This document shows, piece after piece, positions 17,726 to 27,803 of a DNA stretch of 64,000 nt. The notes beneath the pieces were generated by a model, which saw only the letters and a program-made list of their open reading frames with translations, was not told the origin of the DNA and ran no database searches. The DNA lies in NCBI GenBank assembly GCA_965240335.1, contig CBDEKM010000018.1:73417-137416 (forward strand). Direction: 5' to 3'. Within the stretch, counting starts at the first letter, position 1, and each line of letters starts with the position of its first letter. The stretch comes from a bacterium. Its GTDB lineage: Bacteria; JAAXHH01. Both the position numbers and the translations under genes were made by a program.

Positions 17726-18643
17726 TCACTTGTACATGGGCACGTTGATTTCCATGAGGTCCCGTGCGACCCGCGAAGCAGGGAAGATCTTGCGCGCCTC
17801 GGCGGCCAGCGGTCCGTCCTGCATGTAACGGGAGCTGATGTGGGTCAGCACGAGGCTGCCGACCTTCGCGCGCCGGGCGATGCGGGCGGCCTGCACGACC
17901 GTCGAATGATGTTTCTGCCGGGCCTGCACCCGCAGGTCGTCGCTGAACATCCCGTCATGGATCAGCACATCCGCCTCGAGCGCCAGTGACGCCACCTGGT
18001 CGCACGGCCGGGTATCCGTCGCGTACACGATCCTGCGTCCCCGACGGGTGGGACCCAGTACCTGCCCGGACTCGATCACTTTTCCATCCTGCAGCTTGAC
18101 GGATTCACCCGCCTGTAGCCGGCCGTAAAGCGGCCCGGGGGGTATGCCCAATCGCCTCGCTTCCTCGACGCGAAAAAGGCCGGGCCGTTCCCTTTCCTGG
18201 AAGGCGAAGGCCAGGGTAAAACAACTGTGGTCCACGGGGACGGCCTCGATTGAGACCTTGTCGTCCTCCGAAACCAGTCCGCCCTTGTTCTCCGCGATGA
18301 CCACGGGGAAGGGGCACTGGTGGCCCAGAAAGCGCCGGTTGCCTTCCACGAAATCGGAGATGCCCGGCGGTCCGTAGATGTGCAGGGCCCGTTCGCGCGG
18401 AATCTGGCCCATGGTCATCAACAGACCGGGCAATCCCATGACGTGATCGCCGTGCAGATGGGAAATGTAGATCCCGTCGATCTTGCTCATGGCCAGATTC
18501 GCCCGTACCATCTGGGTCTGTGTGCCCTCTCCGCAGTCGAAGAGGAACACGCGGCCGTCGCACTGAACGGCTACGGACGGTAGATTGCGCGTCAGGGTCG
18601 GGATGGCGCCTCCGGAACCCAGGATAACGATGTTTATGATCAT
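17726..18643 (-). CDS. rnz: ribonuclease Z
   Basis: 305 aa; short-form RNase Z with HxHxDH (ISHLHGDHVMGLPGLL) and C-terminal His. Confidence 0.85.
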   Translation of the reverse strand: MIINIVILGSGGAIPTLTRNLPSVAVQCDGRVFLFDCGEGTQTQMVRANLAMSKIDGIYISHLHGDHVMGLPGLLMTMGQIPRERALHIYGPPGISDFVEGNRRFLGHQCPFPVVIAENKGGLVSEDDKVSIEAVPVDHSCFTLAFAFQERERPGLFRVEEARRLGIPPGPLYGRLQAGESVKLQDGKVIESGQVLGPTRRGRRIVYATDTRPCDQVASLALEADVLIHDGMFSDDLRVQARQKHHSTVVQAARIARRAKVGSLVLTHISSRYMQDGPLAAEARKIFPASRVARDLMEINVPMYK

Positions 18644-18680
18644 GATAGGTAGATAGCGTGCCCGTTTTCGATGGGCGTCC

Positions 18681-18727
18681 TGTTCCTGCCGGGTGCTATT
18701 CCTGCCAGGTACTATTCCTGCCGCGCC
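18681..18727. repeat. three tandem ~15-16-bp direct repeats (tgttcctgccgggtg / ctattcctgccaggta / ctattcctgccgcgcc)
   Basis: Read directly; sits in the folP-rnz intergenic region (overlapping the folP stop), i.e. upstream of rnz. Confidence 0.5.
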
Positions 18728-19566
18728 CTGCAGATTGCGTCAGTCATTTGGACCACGCGTCCCATTTGCCTCACGTCGTGCACCCGAACGATGCTGGCGC
18801 CGTTCGCGACACTCAGCGCAACCGCCGCCGCCGTACCTTCCAGCCGGTCGTTTTTCTCCACGTCGAGCACGCGGCCGATGAACGACTTCCTCGATGGACC
18901 GATCAGAATGGGACGATTCAGTTTGCGAAAGGACGCCAGGGACTGGATCAGGAGCAGATTGTCGCTCAACCGCTTGCCGAAACCAATGCCCGGATCGATA
19001 ATGATCCTTGATCTGCGGATACCGTGCGCTACGGCAAATTCGATGCGGGCCCCCAGCCAGTCGACGATCTCGCCCACGGTATCTTCGTACCCGGGATTCC
19101 GTTGCATGTCCTCCGGGGATCCCGCCGTATGCATGATCACCACGGGTATTCCGGCGGCTGAAACCGCCTCGACCATTTCAGGATCGGCGGTCATGCCGCT
19201 GACGTCGTTTACCATTCTCGCCCCGGCGCGAATCGCCTTGCGGGCGACTTCGGCCCTCCGTGTATCGATGGATACCGGTTGTTCGATCCGATCCTTCAGC
19301 TTTTCTATAACGGGGATGACCCGCCGAAGTTCCTCTTTCAGCTCGACCGGTTCCGCGCCCGGCCGGGTGGATTCACCACCAACATCGATGATGTCCGCGC
19401 CTTCGTCGGCCAATCGCTCGCCATGTCGAACCGCGGTATTCGGATCCAGGTGCCGGCCGCCGTCGTAGAAAGAATCCGGCGTAACATTCAGGACCGCCAT
19501 TATCCGCGTGCGTTTCGAGCAATCCCACTGGAACCCATCGCCCTGGATGACCAGTTCATCACGCAC
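18712..19566 (-). CDS. folP: dihydropteroate synthase
   Basis: 284 aa; pterin-binding domain (ILNVTPDSFYDGG..., DIIDVGGESTRPGA). Confidence 0.9.
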   Translation of the reverse strand: MRDELVIQGDGFQWDCSKRTRIMAVLNVTPDSFYDGGRHLDPNTAVRHGERLADEGADIIDVGGESTRPGAEPVELKEELRRVIPVIEKLKDRIEQPVSIDTRRAEVARKAIRAGARMVNDVSGMTADPEMVEAVSAAGIPVVIMHTAGSPEDMQRNPGYEDTVGEIVDWLGARIEFAVAHGIRRSRIIIDPGIGFGKRLSDNLLLIQSLASFRKLNRPILIGPSRKSFIGRVLDVEKNDRLEGTAAAVALSVANGASIVRVHDVRQMGRVVQMTDAICRARQE

Positions 19567-19568
19567 GA

Positions 19569-21551
19569 TCAGACTCCAGGGGCGGCCAGCGGTGGCTCAG
19601 TGAGCGGTGGGGTGACGGGTGCCGGCGCTTCGTCCTGCGCCGGTGGGTCCAGCGGTCTCCCCTCTAGGACCCGTTCTATCTGGTTCCTGTCCAGCGTTTC
19701 CTTCTTGAGGAGGGCCTCTGCCATCCGGTGCAGCGCGTCTTCCCGTTCCGTAAGGATGGTTTCCGCCCGCTGCCTGCAGGAATCTATGATCTTTCGCATG
19801 TCTTCGTCGACTTTAACGGCCGTCATGTTGCTGTAATCCCGCTTACGGGTGAGTTCGCGGCCGAGGAACACTTCCCCGTCCTGGTTGCCCAGGGCCAGGG
19901 GCCCCAGTTCGCCCATCCCCCATTCGCAGACCATGTGACGCGCCAGTTCCGTGGCACGCTTGATGTCATCGCCGGCTCCGTTGTACGTGTCGCCTACGCC
20001 GATACGTTCCGCGACCTGCCCGGCAAGCAGACAGGCGATCTGTCCCCGGCACCAGGCTTCCGAAAACAGGTACTGGTCTTCCTCGGGAATGGAGTAAGTG
20101 ATCCCCAGCGCCTGTCCACGCGGAATGATGGTGACGCTGTGCGGTGAGTCGATCTCCGGGATCAGGGCGCCGGTCATGGCGTGGCCGCTTTCGTGGTACG
20201 CGACGGTCCTGCGCTCTTCTTCCGACATGATCAGATGGTGTTCCGAGCCCATGACGATACGGTCCCTGGCGCTTTCAAGATCCTCCATGGCGATGCTCGT
20301 ATGGTTCTCCCGGGCGGCGATCAGGGCCGCCTCGTTCACGATATTTTCCAGGTCCGCGCCCGACATGCCCGGTGTAAGCCTGGCCAACGTCTTCAGGTTG
20401 ACGGAATCCGCCATGGGTTTGTCGTTCGCCTTGATCTTCAGGATCTGCTCGCGTCCATTGACGTCCGGACGGTCCACGGTGATATGCCGGTCGAACCGTC
20501 CCGGACGGAGCAGCGCAGGGTCGAGTACGTCGGGCCGGTTCGTTGCGGCGATCAGAACGACACCGCTGTTGGGTTCGAAACCGTCCATTTCCACGAGCAG
20601 CTGGTTCAGCGTCTGCTCCCGTTCGTCGTGACCGCCGCCCAGTCCCGCGCCGCGGTGACGGCCCACGGCGTCCAGTTCGTCAATGAAGATAATGCATGGG
20701 GCGTTTTCCTTGCTCTGGCGGAACAGGTCACGAACCCTGGATGCGCCGACGCCCACGAACATCTCCATGAAGTCGGCACCGCTCATGGTGAAAAACGGTA
20801 CGCTCGCTTCACCGGCGACCGCGCGGGCCAGGAGCGTCTTTCCCGTGCCCGGTGGACCCAGCAGCAGGACGCCCTTGGGCAGGCGCGCCCCGAATCGCCG
20901 GAACTTGTCCGGATTCCTGAGGAATTCCACGACTTCCTGCAGGTCGCGTTTCGCCTCTTCGACCCCGGCTACCTCGCTGAACTTTGCACCGTCGCGTTCG
21001 CCGGTCTGCTTTGCCTGACTTTTGCCCATGGAAAAGAGCCCCTTCTGGCCGCCCTGCATCCGGCGAAAGATGTATATCCACAGGCCGATGATCAGGAACA
21101 GCGGCAACCAGGTCATCAGGTGGGTGATCCACGGGGTGGAACCCGGTCGAGCGGTAATCACTACGTTGCGCTGAACCAGTTCATCAATCAGTTCCGGGTC
21201 TTCGAAGGGGATCTCGACCATGAATCTCGTCTCCAGGGATTCCTGCCCGCTGGCGGTTCCCGTACTGATCCCGCTGTTGAATTCGCCGACGATGGTCTTA
21301 CCCAGAATCGTCACGTTCCGCACGTTGCCGCTGGCCAGGTGGTCCCTGAAAACAGAGTAGCCTATTTCCATCTCGTCGGTACGATTCCGGCTGAAAAACT
21401 GCACCAGCACTACCGATAACAGGGCCAGAAGCGCCCACATTACGATGGTCCGGGTCCGCCGTGGCGCCTGTTGCCGGTCACCACTACCCTGTCGGGGTGC
21501 ATCCTGTCTTCGGCCTCGCGGCGCCTCTTTCTTTTGTCTGCTTGCCGTCAT
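19569..21551 (-). CDS. ftsH: ATP-dependent zinc metalloprotease FtsH
   Basis: ORF 19569..21656; Walker [22 protein letters not shown], zinc motif HESGHA. Start taken at ATG 21551 (MTASRQKK...); the upstream in-frame ATG 21656 is also possible. 2 nt after folP. Confidence 0.9.
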   Translation of the reverse strand: MTASRQKKEAPRGRRQDAPRQGSGDRQQAPRRTRTIVMWALLALLSVVLVQFFSRNRTDEMEIGYSVFRDHLASGNVRNVTILGKTIVGEFNSGISTGTASGQESLETRFMVEIPFEDPELIDELVQRNVVITARPGSTPWITHLMTWLPLFLIIGLWIYIFRRMQGGQKGLFSMGKSQAKQTGERDGAKFSEVAGVEEAKRDLQEVVEFLRNPDKFRRFGARLPKGVLLLGPPGTGKTLLARAVAGEASVPFFTMSGADFMEMFVGVGASRVRDLFRQSKENAPCIIFIDELDAVGRHRGAGLGGGHDEREQTLNQLLVEMDGFEPNSGVVLIAATNRPDVLDPALLRPGRFDRHITVDRPDVNGREQILKIKANDKPMADSVNLKTLARLTPGMSGADLENIVNEAALIAARENHTSIAMEDLESARDRIVMGSEHHLIMSEEERRTVAYHESGHAMTGALIPEIDSPHSVTIIPRGQALGITYSIPEEDQYLFSEAWCRGQIACLLAGQVAERIGVGDTYNGAGDDIKRATELARHMVCEWGMGELGPLALGNQDGEVFLGRELTRKRDYSNMTAVKVDEDMRKIIDSCRQRAETILTEREDALHRMAEALLKKETLDRNQIERVLEGRPLDPPAQDEAPAPVTPPLTEPPLAAPGV

Positions 21552-21668
21552 TTGTATTTTACCGCCAGATACAGCCCGGCCGGACTTGATGGATGTAACC
21601 TGTTCGTACCTGCCAAGAAATAAGCGTGGGAATATGCAAGGCCGTTTCGCGCCCACATCCTCCCACGC

Positions 21669-22184
21669 TCAGGAATCCTGTTCATCGACCACGGCGACAT
21701 ACGGCAAGTCCCGATACCGTTCGTCCCAGTCGAGGCCATACCCTACGACGAAATCGCCCGGTATGTCGAATCCTTTGTAATCGATCGTCACGGGAGCCTG
21801 GTATGCTCCCGGTTTGACCAGCAGGGCGCATACCTTCAAGGACAACGGCTCCTGCTTCGCCAACGCTTCCGTAAGATAGCCCAGCGTCAACCCCGTGTCA
21901 ACGATGTCCTCCACGATCACGACGTGGCGTCCGCGGACGTTCACGTCGAATAGATCGGCCCGGACAGCTCCCGAAGAAACCTGCTTCTTGCCATAGGACG
22001 AAGTGCGTACGAAGTCGATGGCGTGCGGTACTGTAATTTCTCTCATCAGGTCTGCCAGGAAGACCACGCATCCCTTGAGACATCCAATGAGCAGCGGGTT
22101 TTTGTCCCTGTAGTCTCCGGACAACCACGCCCCGAGGTGCCGTACCTTCTCCGCGATCTGTGCTTCGGTGAGGAGGATCTTCAT
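21669..22184 (-). CDS. hpt: hypoxanthine phosphoribosyltransferase
   Basis: ORF to 22196 (TTG); ATG 22184 gives MKILLTEAQIAEKV..., the classic Hpt N-terminus; PRPP-binding motif VVIVEDIVDTGLT. Confidence 0.9.
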   Translation of the reverse strand: MKILLTEAQIAEKVRHLGAWLSGDYRDKNPLLIGCLKGCVVFLADLMREITVPHAIDFVRTSSYGKKQVSSGAVRADLFDVNVRGRHVVIVEDIVDTGLTLGYLTEALAKQEPLSLKVCALLVKPGAYQAPVTIDYKGFDIPGDFVVGYGLDWDERYRDLPYVAVVDEQDS

Positions 22185-22299
22185 CAGTAGTCTCAACCTT
22201 GTCGGAAAACCGGCGCGACGCGGCGCGGATCGACCGCTGTCCGTACGGATCGGCCGCTATCAGTTTGTATCTCTCGCCTTCCGTTCGAGCCAGTCACCG

Positions 22300-23694
22300 T
22301 CAGCACGTGTCGTTCGCCAACAGCTCGGCGACCATCACGCGCCGGGTCTTACCGGTAACCAGACCCTCGTTGCTTTGCCGGTGACCGGCCACCCACAGCA
22401 CGCGGTTTCCGTCGGTCACGACCGGCACGCGGTTGCGCAACATCCTGGGCACGTCCCATTCGTTGAACAGCTTCTTCAGCGACTTGTGTCCGTCCAGCCC
22501 GTAGGGCGACATGCGGTCGCCCGGTTCGCGGGAACGCACGGTCCACCGCCGCGGCACGGTATCCGCGTCGAAAACGGCCCGATGCGGGGTCGCGGCCGGT
22601 GCCTCCCCTGCCGGACCTTCCTCGATGCGGATAGACAGGTTTGAATTCGGAACCTCCACCTGGCCGGGGACTTTGAATTCTAGCCGGTAAGGTTTAAACG
22701 TACCTCGGCAGGCCACCAGTTCCGCACTCCGGCATTCCATGCGAATCCCATCGGGCAGTTCCTGGAGCCGGCCGGTCCCGCCCTCGGCGATCCACGCACG
22801 GGTTTCTTCCACCTGATCGTAAGTCAGGCGCGCCTCGCTGCCGCCCACCGCACGGACGAGGTGACGAACCAGCACCCGCTGAACCGCGGGCGCCGCATCC
22901 GGCCAGGCATCCAGATTCATGTGGAGCGTCTTCCCGTGGGCGATTCGCGAATGTTCGGCGAGGAAAGTCCGCGCCTGTTCGTCGAGATATTCCGCCTCTC
23001 CCCGGCTGACGGCGGCGAGCCTTCCGAGGCCCTGCACGATGTGGGGATTGTATTCCCTTCGCAGCAACGGTACCAGGTGGTGTCGGACCCTGTTGCGGAG
23101 AACGTCCTGGTCCAGGTTGGTGCTATCGACACGAAATGACAGCCCAAGCGTTCGCGCATAGACAGAGATTTCTTCGGAGGTGACGTCCAGCATCGGCCGG
23201 ATGATCCATCCATCCCGGATCGGCCGGATAGCCGAAAGACCCGAACTGCCGCTGCCGCGGATCAGGCGCATCAACACCGTCTCGGCCTGATCGTCCGCCG
23301 TGTGGCCGGTCGCCACCTTATTCGCATGGTGGTCCATTTGCACCCGCCGCAGGAAGTCGTACCTCACCTCGCGGGCACCTTGCTCTGTGGAGCAGCCATT
23401 TTGCCGGCAATAGGCGGCGACGTCCGCCCGTTCCACTACGCAGGGCAGGTCCAGGGACGCCGCGTAGTCCTCGACGAAGGTGGCGTCTTCCCGCCCTTCC
23501 TGGCGGCGAAGACCATGATCGAGATGGGCCACTGTCAGCGTCAAGCGCCACTCGGCGCTCAGGCCTTGCAGGACATGGAGGAGAACTACCGAGTCCGCGC
23601 CGCCCGAGACTGCGGCGACCACTTGATCGCCCGCCTCGATCATACGATGGCGATGGATCGCCGCCTCGACTTTATGTGTAACCGTATCTGGCAT
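22300..23694 (-). CDS. tilS: tRNA(Ile)-lysidine synthetase
   Basis: 464 aa; PP-loop SGGADS (VAAVSGGADSVVLL); conserved tilS-hpt-ftsH order. Confidence 0.85.
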   Translation of the reverse strand: MPDTVTHKVEAAIHRHRMIEAGDQVVAAVSGGADSVVLLHVLQGLSAEWRLTLTVAHLDHGLRRQEGREDATFVEDYAASLDLPCVVERADVAAYCRQNGCSTEQGAREVRYDFLRRVQMDHHANKVATGHTADDQAETVLMRLIRGSGSSGLSAIRPIRDGWIIRPMLDVTSEEISVYARTLGLSFRVDSTNLDQDVLRNRVRHHLVPLLRREYNPHIVQGLGRLAAVSRGEAEYLDEQARTFLAEHSRIAHGKTLHMNLDAWPDAAPAVQRVLVRHLVRAVGGSEARLTYDQVEETRAWIAEGGTGRLQELPDGIRMECRSAELVACRGTFKPYRLEFKVPGQVEVPNSNLSIRIEEGPAGEAPAATPHRAVFDADTVPRRWTVRSREPGDRMSPYGLDGHKSLKKLFNEWDVPRMLRNRVPVVTDGNRVLWVAGHRQSNEGLVTGKTRRVMVAELLANDTC

Positions 23695-23757
23695 GGGAAA
23701 TCAGCAAGGGAGTCCATAATGAAAATGGCCTTCCGGATGCGGAAAGGCCATGGGAAA

Positions 23758-23831
23758 TAGCGGCGCAGGGATTCGAACCCCGGACACTCGGATTATGATT
23801 CCGATGCTCTGACCAACTGAGCTACGCCGCC
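23758..23831 (-). tRNA. tRNA with CAU anticodon, elongator type (Met, or Ile2 if lysidinylated)
   Basis: Minus strand GGCGGCGTAGCTCAGTTGGTCAGAGCATCGGAATCATAATCCGAGTGTCCGGGGTTCGAATCCCTGCGCCGCTA; anticodon loop AUCAUAA. Not an initiator (no 3 G:C in the anticodon stem; the 1:72 pair is G:U, not a C:A mismatch). Immediately upstream of tilS. Confidence 0.8.
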
Positions 23832-23847
23832 CCTGAATCGAACCAGC

Positions 23848-23876
23848 AATATAGAGCCGAGAGGGTATAATGTCAA
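23848..23876 (-). promoter_or_regulatory. sigma70-type promoter for the CAU tRNA (TTGACA-N17-TATATT)
   Basis: Minus strand gccTTGACAttataccctctcggctcTATATTgctggttcgattca, then the tRNA 5' end 14 nt downstream. Confidence 0.45.
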
Positions 23877-23900
23877 GGCATTAACCGGCTTCAAATGTGA

Positions 23901-23929
23901 TTGTCATTGACCTGTGGGAACGGTTATAT
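23901..23929 (+). promoter_or_regulatory. candidate promoter for the APC permease (TTGTCA-N17-TTATAT)
   Basis: Sequence motif only, ~50 nt upstream of the start at 23978. Confidence 0.3.
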
Positions 23930-23977
23930 TACACATGTTTGAGCTTGAATACACAGGCATTTCCGCCGAGGTGAGAC

Positions 23978-25402
23978 TTGGTTGAGAAGGAAGTAAATCC
24001 CACCGCAGCTTCGAAGGACGAAAGCGAAGACGAAGGACTGGTAAGGGGGCTGGGCCCGCTTGAAGCCACCACCATCATCGTGGGCGGGGTGATTGGCTCC
24101 GGCATCTTCCAGGCGCCAAGCGCCATTGCCTCCAACGTGGGTTCGCCAGGCATGAGTCTCCTCGTCTGGCTGGTGTGCGGCATCCTCGCACTGTGCGGCG
24201 GACTCTGTATCGCGGAACTGGGCGCCATGCTGCCCCGGACAGGTGGGCAGTACGTTTACATCCGCGAAGCCTACAAAAGGCGATGGATTACATTCATTTA
24301 CGGCTGGTCCTCTTTCTGGCTCGTATGGCCGGTGTCCATCGCCGCCGTCGCGAGCGTATTTTCCGCCTATCTGGCCAGCGTGGTGAACGTGATCACCGCG
24401 GACGCGAGCGGGACGGGGATCGTCCTGAGCCCCGGTGCCCGCGCTTTGATCGCCTCGGCATGCGTGCTGGTGCTGATGACGATAAACGTGATCGGGGTCC
24501 GGTGGAGCGGCAGGGTAACCAACCTGTTTACCTTCATCAAGATCGCCGCACTTGGCGGCCTGATCCTCCTGGGGCTGGCCATGGCCGAAAGTGGGTCCAT
24601 GTCCCACTTCACGCCGTTGTTCGGCGGCGGTGGCGCAGCCGTGGGCGGATTCGCGCTGGGCGCCTTCGGCGCGGCCATGGTCACCGGGCTGTTCTCCTAC
24701 GAGGGATGGACTTTTTCCAGTTACGTCGCGGGTGAAATGCGAAACCCCCGCAGGAATCTTCCGCTGTCGATCATCGTCGGCATCCTGATCGTGATCGGGA
24801 TCTACTTGGCGGCGAATTTCGTGTACATACTGGTCCTGCCCTTCGAGCAGGTACAGACTTCACCGTGGATCGCGGCCGACGTGATGAGGGTGCTGCTGGG
24901 TGACTGGGGGGCCCTCTTTATCTCGGTAGGCGTTATGTGTTCTACCTTCGGGGGATTAAACGTGCATATGCTTGTAGCTCCCCGCCTCTTCTTCGCCCTT
25001 AGCAGGGACGGCCTGTTCTTCGAGGGGTTGAGCAGGATTCATCCGAGATTCCGGACACCGGCCGTATCCATTCTTGCCCAGGGCATTCTGGCCGCCCTGA
25101 TCGCACTGACGCCCAGTTACGAAGAAATCATCTCCTACGGCTCATTCACGTCGTATGCTTTTTCCATTCTTGCAATCGGTTCGGTCATCGTGCTGCGCTA
25201 TACCCGTCCTGACGCGAAAAGGCCCTACAGGGCATGGGGCTATCCGGTGACGCCCCTGCTCTTTCTGGCCGTTATCACCGCTTACCTGGTGTCGCTGCTT
25301 ACCAACGCAGAGTTCATTTATAATTCGCTTATAGGCCTCGGCATAGTCGCCGTTGGCATTCCGTTTTACTTCTACTGGGAAAAACAGCATAAAGGACATT
25401 GA
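23978..25402 (+). CDS. APC-family amino acid permease
   Basis: 474 aa; 12 TM; APC consensus near TM1 (IIVGGVIGSGIF). Confidence 0.85.
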   Translation: MVEKEVNPTAASKDESEDEGLVRGLGPLEATTIIVGGVIGSGIFQAPSAIASNVGSPGMSLLVWLVCGILALCGGLCIAELGAMLPRTGGQYVYIREAYKRRWITFIYGWSSFWLVWPVSIAAVASVFSAYLASVVNVITADASGTGIVLSPGARALIASACVLVLMTINVIGVRWSGRVTNLFTFIKIAALGGLILLGLAMAESGSMSHFTPLFGGGGAAVGGFALGAFGAAMVTGLFSYEGWTFSSYVAGEMRNPRRNLPLSIIVGILIVIGIYLAANFVYILVLPFEQVQTSPWIAADVMRVLLGDWGALFISVGVMCSTFGGLNVHMLVAPRLFFALSRDGLFFEGLSRIHPRFRTPAVSILAQGILAALIALTPSYEEIISYGSFTSYAFSILAIGSVIVLRYTRPDAKRPYRAWGYPVTPLLFLAVITAYLVSLLTNAEFIYNSLIGLGIVAVGIPFYFYWEKQHKGH

Positions 25403-25410
25403 GGTCATCC

Positions 25411-26343
25411 ATGAGGGACTTGTTAATCGTAGAACAGAACAACGTCGTCCGGTACGACGACGTTTCTCTTTCCCATCTCCAGGAGACCCTGGAAACATCC
25501 AAGGGCCTGTTCTGGCTGGACCTGGAGCAGATCACGGACGAAGACGCGGCGTTCCTGAGTGATTACAAGGAGTTCGGCGCCCATCCCCTGTCGGTGAAGG
25601 CCTGCCGGGAAGTTTCGGCGCGTCCCTACTCCGCGGTGTTTCCAAAACACCTATTCATGGTCGTACACGTGCAGGAAAGCCTGGACGCGCCACCGGTCAA
25701 GCTGGGGTTCTTCCTGGCGCCCGACTACCTGATTACCATTCATTCCACCCCGCTGGCCGTGTTGCAGGACGTCAAGGACCGGATTCAGCAGGATGCCCGG
25801 TTGATGCGGTCCACGGACCTGGCCGTCGCCCTGATCATGCAGACGATCGCCGATCGCCAGGATCCTCTGGTTGCCGAACTCACCGCGGAAACGATCGCGC
25901 CGGACAAGGACTTGGAAGCCCGGTGGATATACGACACGCAACGCCGCCTCATCGACACGATCCATCTCGTCAAACCGCAGTGCGAGATAGTACATTCGCT
26001 TTACAGCGGCGAGAAACTGTCTCTGCAAAAGGATACGGTCGTCCAGCTCCAGGACGTGTATTATCGGTTCAGGAACATGGCCGAGATACTCACGCGTCAC
26101 TGGGAAATGCTGAACGACGCAGGTACGGCCGTCCAGACGAAAGCCCTGAAAAGAATCGACGCTTCCACGCGGCGGCTGACCTTCCTGGTCGCCTTTCTGC
26201 TTCCCGTCCTCGTACTGTCCGTCCTGCTCGGTCTCGACGATCCTCTCCTGGAGAACCTGAATAAACCGGCCACGGTGGGTATCGGACTGGCGGTTTCGCT
26301 GCTTGTCGCCATCATATTGATCCTGTCGGGAAGAAAGCGGTAA
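25411..26343 (+). CDS. CorA-like divalent cation transporter family protein (atypical; no GMN motif)
   Basis: ORF 25399 (TTG); first ATG 25411 (MRDLLIVEQ...) with GAGG 8 nt upstream; cytoplasmic alpha/beta funnel domain plus two C-terminal TM helices; the canonical GMN is absent. Confidence 0.65.
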   Translation: MRDLLIVEQNNVVRYDDVSLSHLQETLETSKGLFWLDLEQITDEDAAFLSDYKEFGAHPLSVKACREVSARPYSAVFPKHLFMVVHVQESLDAPPVKLGFFLAPDYLITIHSTPLAVLQDVKDRIQQDARLMRSTDLAVALIMQTIADRQDPLVAELTAETIAPDKDLEARWIYDTQRRLIDTIHLVKPQCEIVHSLYSGEKLSLQKDTVVQLQDVYYRFRNMAEILTRHWEMLNDAGTAVQTKALKRIDASTRRLTFLVAFLLPVLVLSVLLGLDDPLLENLNKPATVGIGLAVSLLVAIILILSGRKR

Positions 26344-26369
26344 AGGATATCAACTCCCCGGAGGTATCG

Positions 26370-27803
26370 TTGAATCGTCGGCCAGGTATCGGTTCCGTCA
26401 TACGATTCTTCCTCTTCGCGAGCGCCTTCCTCCATACCAGCGTTCCGGCCTCCGTTTCGGCCCAGGACCGGCTGGTCATTGTTTCCCCCCACTGGGAAGG
26501 CATCCGCTACGAATTCACCCGTGGATTCGACTCCTTTTACCGGGCGGAGACCGGCCGCGCGGCCGAGATCGAGTGGATGGACGTGGGCGGTACTTCCGAG
26601 ATCATCCGTTTCATCAAGTCCGAATATTCCGGCAAGCCGGAAAGCATCGGCATCGACATGATGTTCGGCGGGGGCAGCGACCCGTTCATGGAACTGGCGC
26701 GCCTGGACCTGCTGGCGCCGTACAGGCTCCCCGAAGACTTGCTTTCCAGGCTCCCCGCCGAGGTGGGCGGCTACCCGATCTACGACGCGGAATACCAGTG
26801 GTACGGCGCGACGATGGCGGGGTTCGGCATCGTGTACAACAAGCGGGTGGCACAACTCGTGGAACTGCCCGTACCGGAGACCTGGGAAGACCTGACCGAT
26901 CCGCAGATCTATTCGTGGGTCGGCGCGGCCGATCCCAGGAAGAGCGGCAGCGCGCACGTACCCTTCGAGATCATCCTGCAGGTCTATGGCTGGGAAAGAG
27001 GCTGGCAGATCATTACCGCCCTCGGCGCCAACGCCAGGGGATTCGCCAATACGGGCAGCCAGGTGCCCAAGGACGTGACGTCCGGCGAAGTGGCCTACGG
27101 GATGGCCATCGATTTTTACGCCTGGGCCCAGATCAACGCCGTGGGAGCCGACATGATCGGTTACACCATGCCGGACAACCTCACGATCCTGAATCCAGAC
27201 GGCGTATCCATTTTGAAAGGCGCACCCAACATGGCCGTGGCGCAGTCGTTTCTGCGCTACATCCTGTCCGAGTCCGGACAGCGCCTGTGGATGCAGAAAC
27301 CCGGCACGCCGGGTGGACCGGAGAAGTTCCAGTTGAACAGGTTCACCGTCCTGCCCCACCTGTACCAGCGTATTGATCCGGCCCATACCTCGGTCACTTT
27401 CAATCCCTTTACCTGGAAATCGTCCTTCGTGTACGATGCTGAGAAAGGCGCGGCGAGGCGCCATATCGTTGATGACATGATCGGCGTATTCGTAATCGAT
27501 GCCCACGCCGCGCTCCAGCAAAGGTGGCGGCACGCCATGGAAGAGGGAGACGTAGCGAGCGTCCTGCCTGAGCTGGGAGCCATGCCCATCACGGAGGAAG
27601 AATCCCTCGCGCTGGGTGACCGGTGGCGGGACCAGGCTTTCAGGAACCGTACCCTGCTTTCATGGAGCAGACTGGCGGCGGAGAAGTACGGTCTGGGTGC
27701 ATCGGAATGGGCTGGTGGCAGGTTCATGCTCTTCTCCACCAGTGGACTGGTGTTGGCGGGAATGGTGCTGTATCTCTGGCGGATGAAGCGGAGAAGCGGA
27801 TGA
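26370..27803 (+). CDS. ABC transporter substrate-binding protein, Fe(III)/thiamine/spermidine cluster (SBP_bac_1 type), with predicted C-terminal TM anchor
   Basis: 477 aa; TTG start with GGAGG 6 nt upstream; signal peptide; FbpA/AfuA-like fold; hydrophobic C-terminal segment FMLFSTSGLVLAGMVLYLW. Confidence 0.8.
   Translation: MNRRPGIGSVIRFFLFASAFLHTSVPASVSAQDRLVIVSPHWEGIRYEFTRGFDSFYRAETGRAAEIEWMDVGGTSEIIRFIKSEYSGKPESIGIDMMFGGGSDPFMELARLDLLAPYRLPEDLLSRLPAEVGGYPIYDAEYQWYGATMAGFGIVYNKRVAQLVELPVPETWEDLTDPQIYSWVGAADPRKSGSAHVPFEIILQVYGWERGWQIITALGANARGFANTGSQVPKDVTSGEVAYGMAIDFYAWAQINAVGADMIGYTMPDNLTILNPDGVSILKGAPNMAVAQSFLRYILSESGQRLWMQKPGTPGGPEKFQLNRFTVLPHLYQRIDPAHTSVTFNPFTWKSSFVYDAEKGAARRHIVDDMIGVFVIDAHAALQQRWRHAMEEGDVASVLPELGAMPITEEESLALGDRWRDQAFRNRTLLSWSRLAAEKYGLGASEWAGGRFMLFSTSGLVLAGMVLYLWRMKRRSG

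Noticed and set aside
20181-21419. 412-aa plus-strand ORF
   Set aside because: Antisense to ftsH. No motifs. GC-driven open frame
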